From the NCBI GenBank assembly GCA_008632985.1, contig QPGO01000280.1, positions 1 through 64,000 on the forward strand: a DNA stretch of 64,000 nucleotides, given 5' to 3'. The DNA is from Psammoneis japonica (taxonomy: Eukaryota). The notes under the pieces were generated by a model. The model saw nothing but the letters and a program-made list of their open reading frames with translations, made no database searches and was not told where the DNA came from. The stretch's first letter is position 1, and each line of letters begins with the position of its first letter. Shown piece after piece: positions 62,131 through 64,000 of this stretch. A program made the position numbers and the translations under genes.

Positions 62131-64000
62131 TTAACAGTCCGGAAATGGACTCGAGTTTGGAGTAAATCTGGGAGCGTTAACACATGTGGCTGGGGTCGAA
62201 GATGGTCCGTAGCTTGCTGAACTACTGCAATCGAAGGTTCCACCTGTGGTAGTTGTGCAGCAAAGGGTGTTATCAGTGCCATTGCATCTGCCCACAGTAC
62301 CATCAATGATGTCCTGACACACAGGGAGGTTTTCAATAACATTATCTGATATGACACAATATGTAGTGGGTGTGTCTGGGAGGGGACCATTGCCATCAGT
62401 GCCAAGGCATGAGTTGCCACAACTGGTGGAGCACGTTGTAGTGGAGACTGCTCCAAACTGATTCGAAACGCAATTGCTGCTAGCGGGGCAACATTTCGAT
62501 TGCTGGCTCGAAGTGCCAGTGAGTGCCAAGTAGGCTAGATCGCAAAAATCATCTCTTGCACTTGTGCAGCCAGGATCAACTTGAGAAACGAGAGTAGTCA
62601 ACGGGTCCGTGACAGGGTCCGTCTCGTCGCTATCGGCCGTGCCCACGTTCACGATCACGCCAGCTTCGACATCAGCCTGGGTGACCGTGTATGCCGTAGT
62701 CAGCACGCAGGGGTCACCTACTGCAACGGTAGCGCAAGTAGTGCTGCCACCCGTCAAGTCGTCGCTCACCACCACATTCGTCAGGGTGACGTCTCCATTG
62801 TTCGTCGCCGTAATGTTGTAAGTTAGAGTGTCGCCGAGACTCACGTCTTCCGAAAGGTCCTCGTCGGCATTACTCAGCAGTGTCTTGACTACAACCAACT
62901 GCGGGTTTTGCGCAACGGGAGTAGTCAACGGGTCCGTGACAGGGTCCGTCTCGTCGCTATCGGCCGTGCCCACGTTCAGGATCACGCCAGCTTCGACATC
63001 AGCCGGGGTCACCGTGTATGTCGTAGTTAGCACGCAGGGGTCACCTACTGCAACGGTAGCGCAAGTAGTGCTGCCACCGGTCAAGTCGTCGCTCACCACC
63101 ACATTCGTCAGGGTGACGTCTCCATTGTTCGTCGCCGTAATGGTGTAAGTTAGAGTGTCGCCGAGACTCACGTCGCCCGAGCCGTCCTGGTCGGCATTAC
63201 TCAGCAGTGTCTTGACTACAACCAACTGCGGGTTTTGCGCAACGGGAGTAGTCAACGGGTCCGTGACAGGGTCCGTCTCGTCGCTATCGGCCGTGCCCAC
63301 GTTCACGATCACGCCAGCTTCGACATCAGCCGGGGCGACCGTGTATGTCGTAGTTAGCACGCAGGGGTCACCTACTGCAACGGTAGCGCAAGTAGTGCTG
63401 CCACCCGTCAAGTCGTCGCTCACCACCACATTCGTCAGGGTGACGTCTCCATTGTTCGTCGCCGTAATGGTGTAAGTTAGAGTGTCGCCGAGACTCACGT
63501 CGCCCGAGCCGTCCTGGTCGGCATTACTCAGCAGAGTCTTGACTACAACCAACTGCGGGTTTTGCGTAACGGGAGTAGTCAACGGGTCCGTGACAGGGTC
63601 CGTCTCGTCGCTATCGGCCGCGCCCACATTCACGATCACGCCAGCTTCGACATCAGCCGGGGTGACCGTGTATGTCGTTGTTAGCACGCAGGGGTCACCT
63701 ACTCCAACGGTAGCGCAGGTAGTGCTGCCACCCGTCAAGTCGTCGCTCACCACCACATTCGTCAAGGTGACGTCTCCATTGTTCGTCGCCGTAATGGTGT
63801 AAGTTAGAGTGTCGCCGAGACTCACGTCGCCCGAGCCGTCCTGGTCGGCATTACTCAGCAGAGTCTTGACTACAACCAACTGCGGGTTTTGCGTAACGGG
63901 AGTAGTCAACGGGTCCGTGACAGGGTCCGTCTCGTCGCTATCGGCCGTGCCCACGTTCACGATCACGCCAGCTTCGACATCCGCCGGGGTGACCGTGTAT
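62131..64000 (-). CDS. Intact host gene (3' part; 5' end beyond the window): probable secreted/surface protein with tandem 109-aa DUF11/DUF7507-like Ig-fold repeats and a Cys-rich C-terminus
   Basis: Open frame to the window edge. Repeat LVVVKT..DQDGSGDVSLGDTLTYTITATNNGDVTLTNVVVSDDL..YTVT.ADVEAG.I.N...A. Normal Tyr and TpA usage. Confidence 0.85.
   Translation of the reverse strand, partial: YTVTPADVEAGVIVNVGTADSDETDPVTDPLTTPVTQNPQLVVVKTLLSNADQDGSGDVSLGDTLTYTITATNNGDVTLTNVVVSDDLTGGSTTCATVGVGDPCVLTTTYTVTPADVEAGVIVNVGAADSDETDPVTDPLTTPVTQNPQLVVVKTLLSNADQDGSGDVSLGDTLTYTITATNNGDVTLTNVVVSDDLTGGSTTCATVAVGDPCVLTTTYTVAPADVEAGVIVNVGTADSDETDPVTDPLTTPVAQNPQLVVVKTLLSNADQDGSGDVSLGDTLTYTITATNNGDVTLTNVVVSDDLTGGSTTCATVAVGDPCVLTTTYTVTPADVEAGVILNVGTADSDETDPVTDPLTTPVAQNPQLVVVKTLLSNADEDLSEDVSLGDTLTYNITATNNGDVTLTNVVVSDDLTGGSTTCATVAVGDPCVLTTAYTVTQADVEAGVIVNVGTADSDETDPVTDPLTTLVSQVDPGCTSARDDFCDLAYLALTGTSSQQSKCCPASSNCVSNQFGAVSTTTCSTSCGNSCLGTDGNGPLPDTPTTYCVISDNVIENLPVCQDIIDGTVGRCNGTDNTLCCTTTTGGTFDCSSSASYGPSSTPATCVNAPRFTPNSSPFPDC
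62588..64000. repeat. Near-identical 327-bp coding tandem repeat, more than 4 copies
   Basis: Equivalent positions at 62828, 63155, 63482 and 63809. Confidence 0.95.

Noticed and set aside
62581..63802. Repeated plus-strand ORFs (106 aa)
   Set aside because: These are antisense shadows of the DUF11-like repeat gene.
1..64000. Alternative genetic code (TGY or CAY read as Tyr) or RNA editing that restores Tyr
   Set aside because: Sister copies have Cys versus His at the same site, non-coding DNA is equally affected, the ORFs also carry stops and frameshifts, and the host gene uses TAY normally.

Overview
Eukaryotic DNA, most likely from a diatom. This is an inference from the CoDi-type Copia, diatom-type Gypsy, Ambal-like LINE and Plavaka-like elements present. 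About 1-61,950 is a nested graveyard of decayed transposons: two copies of one CoDi-like Copia (184-bp LTRs); a Gypsy split by later insertions; an Academ-like TIR transposon; a full-length APE-RT-RNaseH LINE; a Plavaka-like transposase with accessory genes; an endonuclease-less Penelope-like element with hammerhead ribozymes; a second Copia family; and a MITE-like element. From about 62,000 an intact host gene with 327-bp DUF11-like tandem repeats begins. The most striking signal is a domain-wide, strand-symmetric TpA->TpG/CpA hypermutation (A>G in TpA), accompanied by CpG decay. Nearly every conserved Tyr in every TE protein has become Cys or His, often Cys in one copy and His in the sister copy. 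The effect stops abruptly at the TE/gene boundary and spares the near-identical genic tandem repeats. It resembles a genome-defence mutational process with polarity opposite to fungal RIP. All calls are by eye, without database searches.
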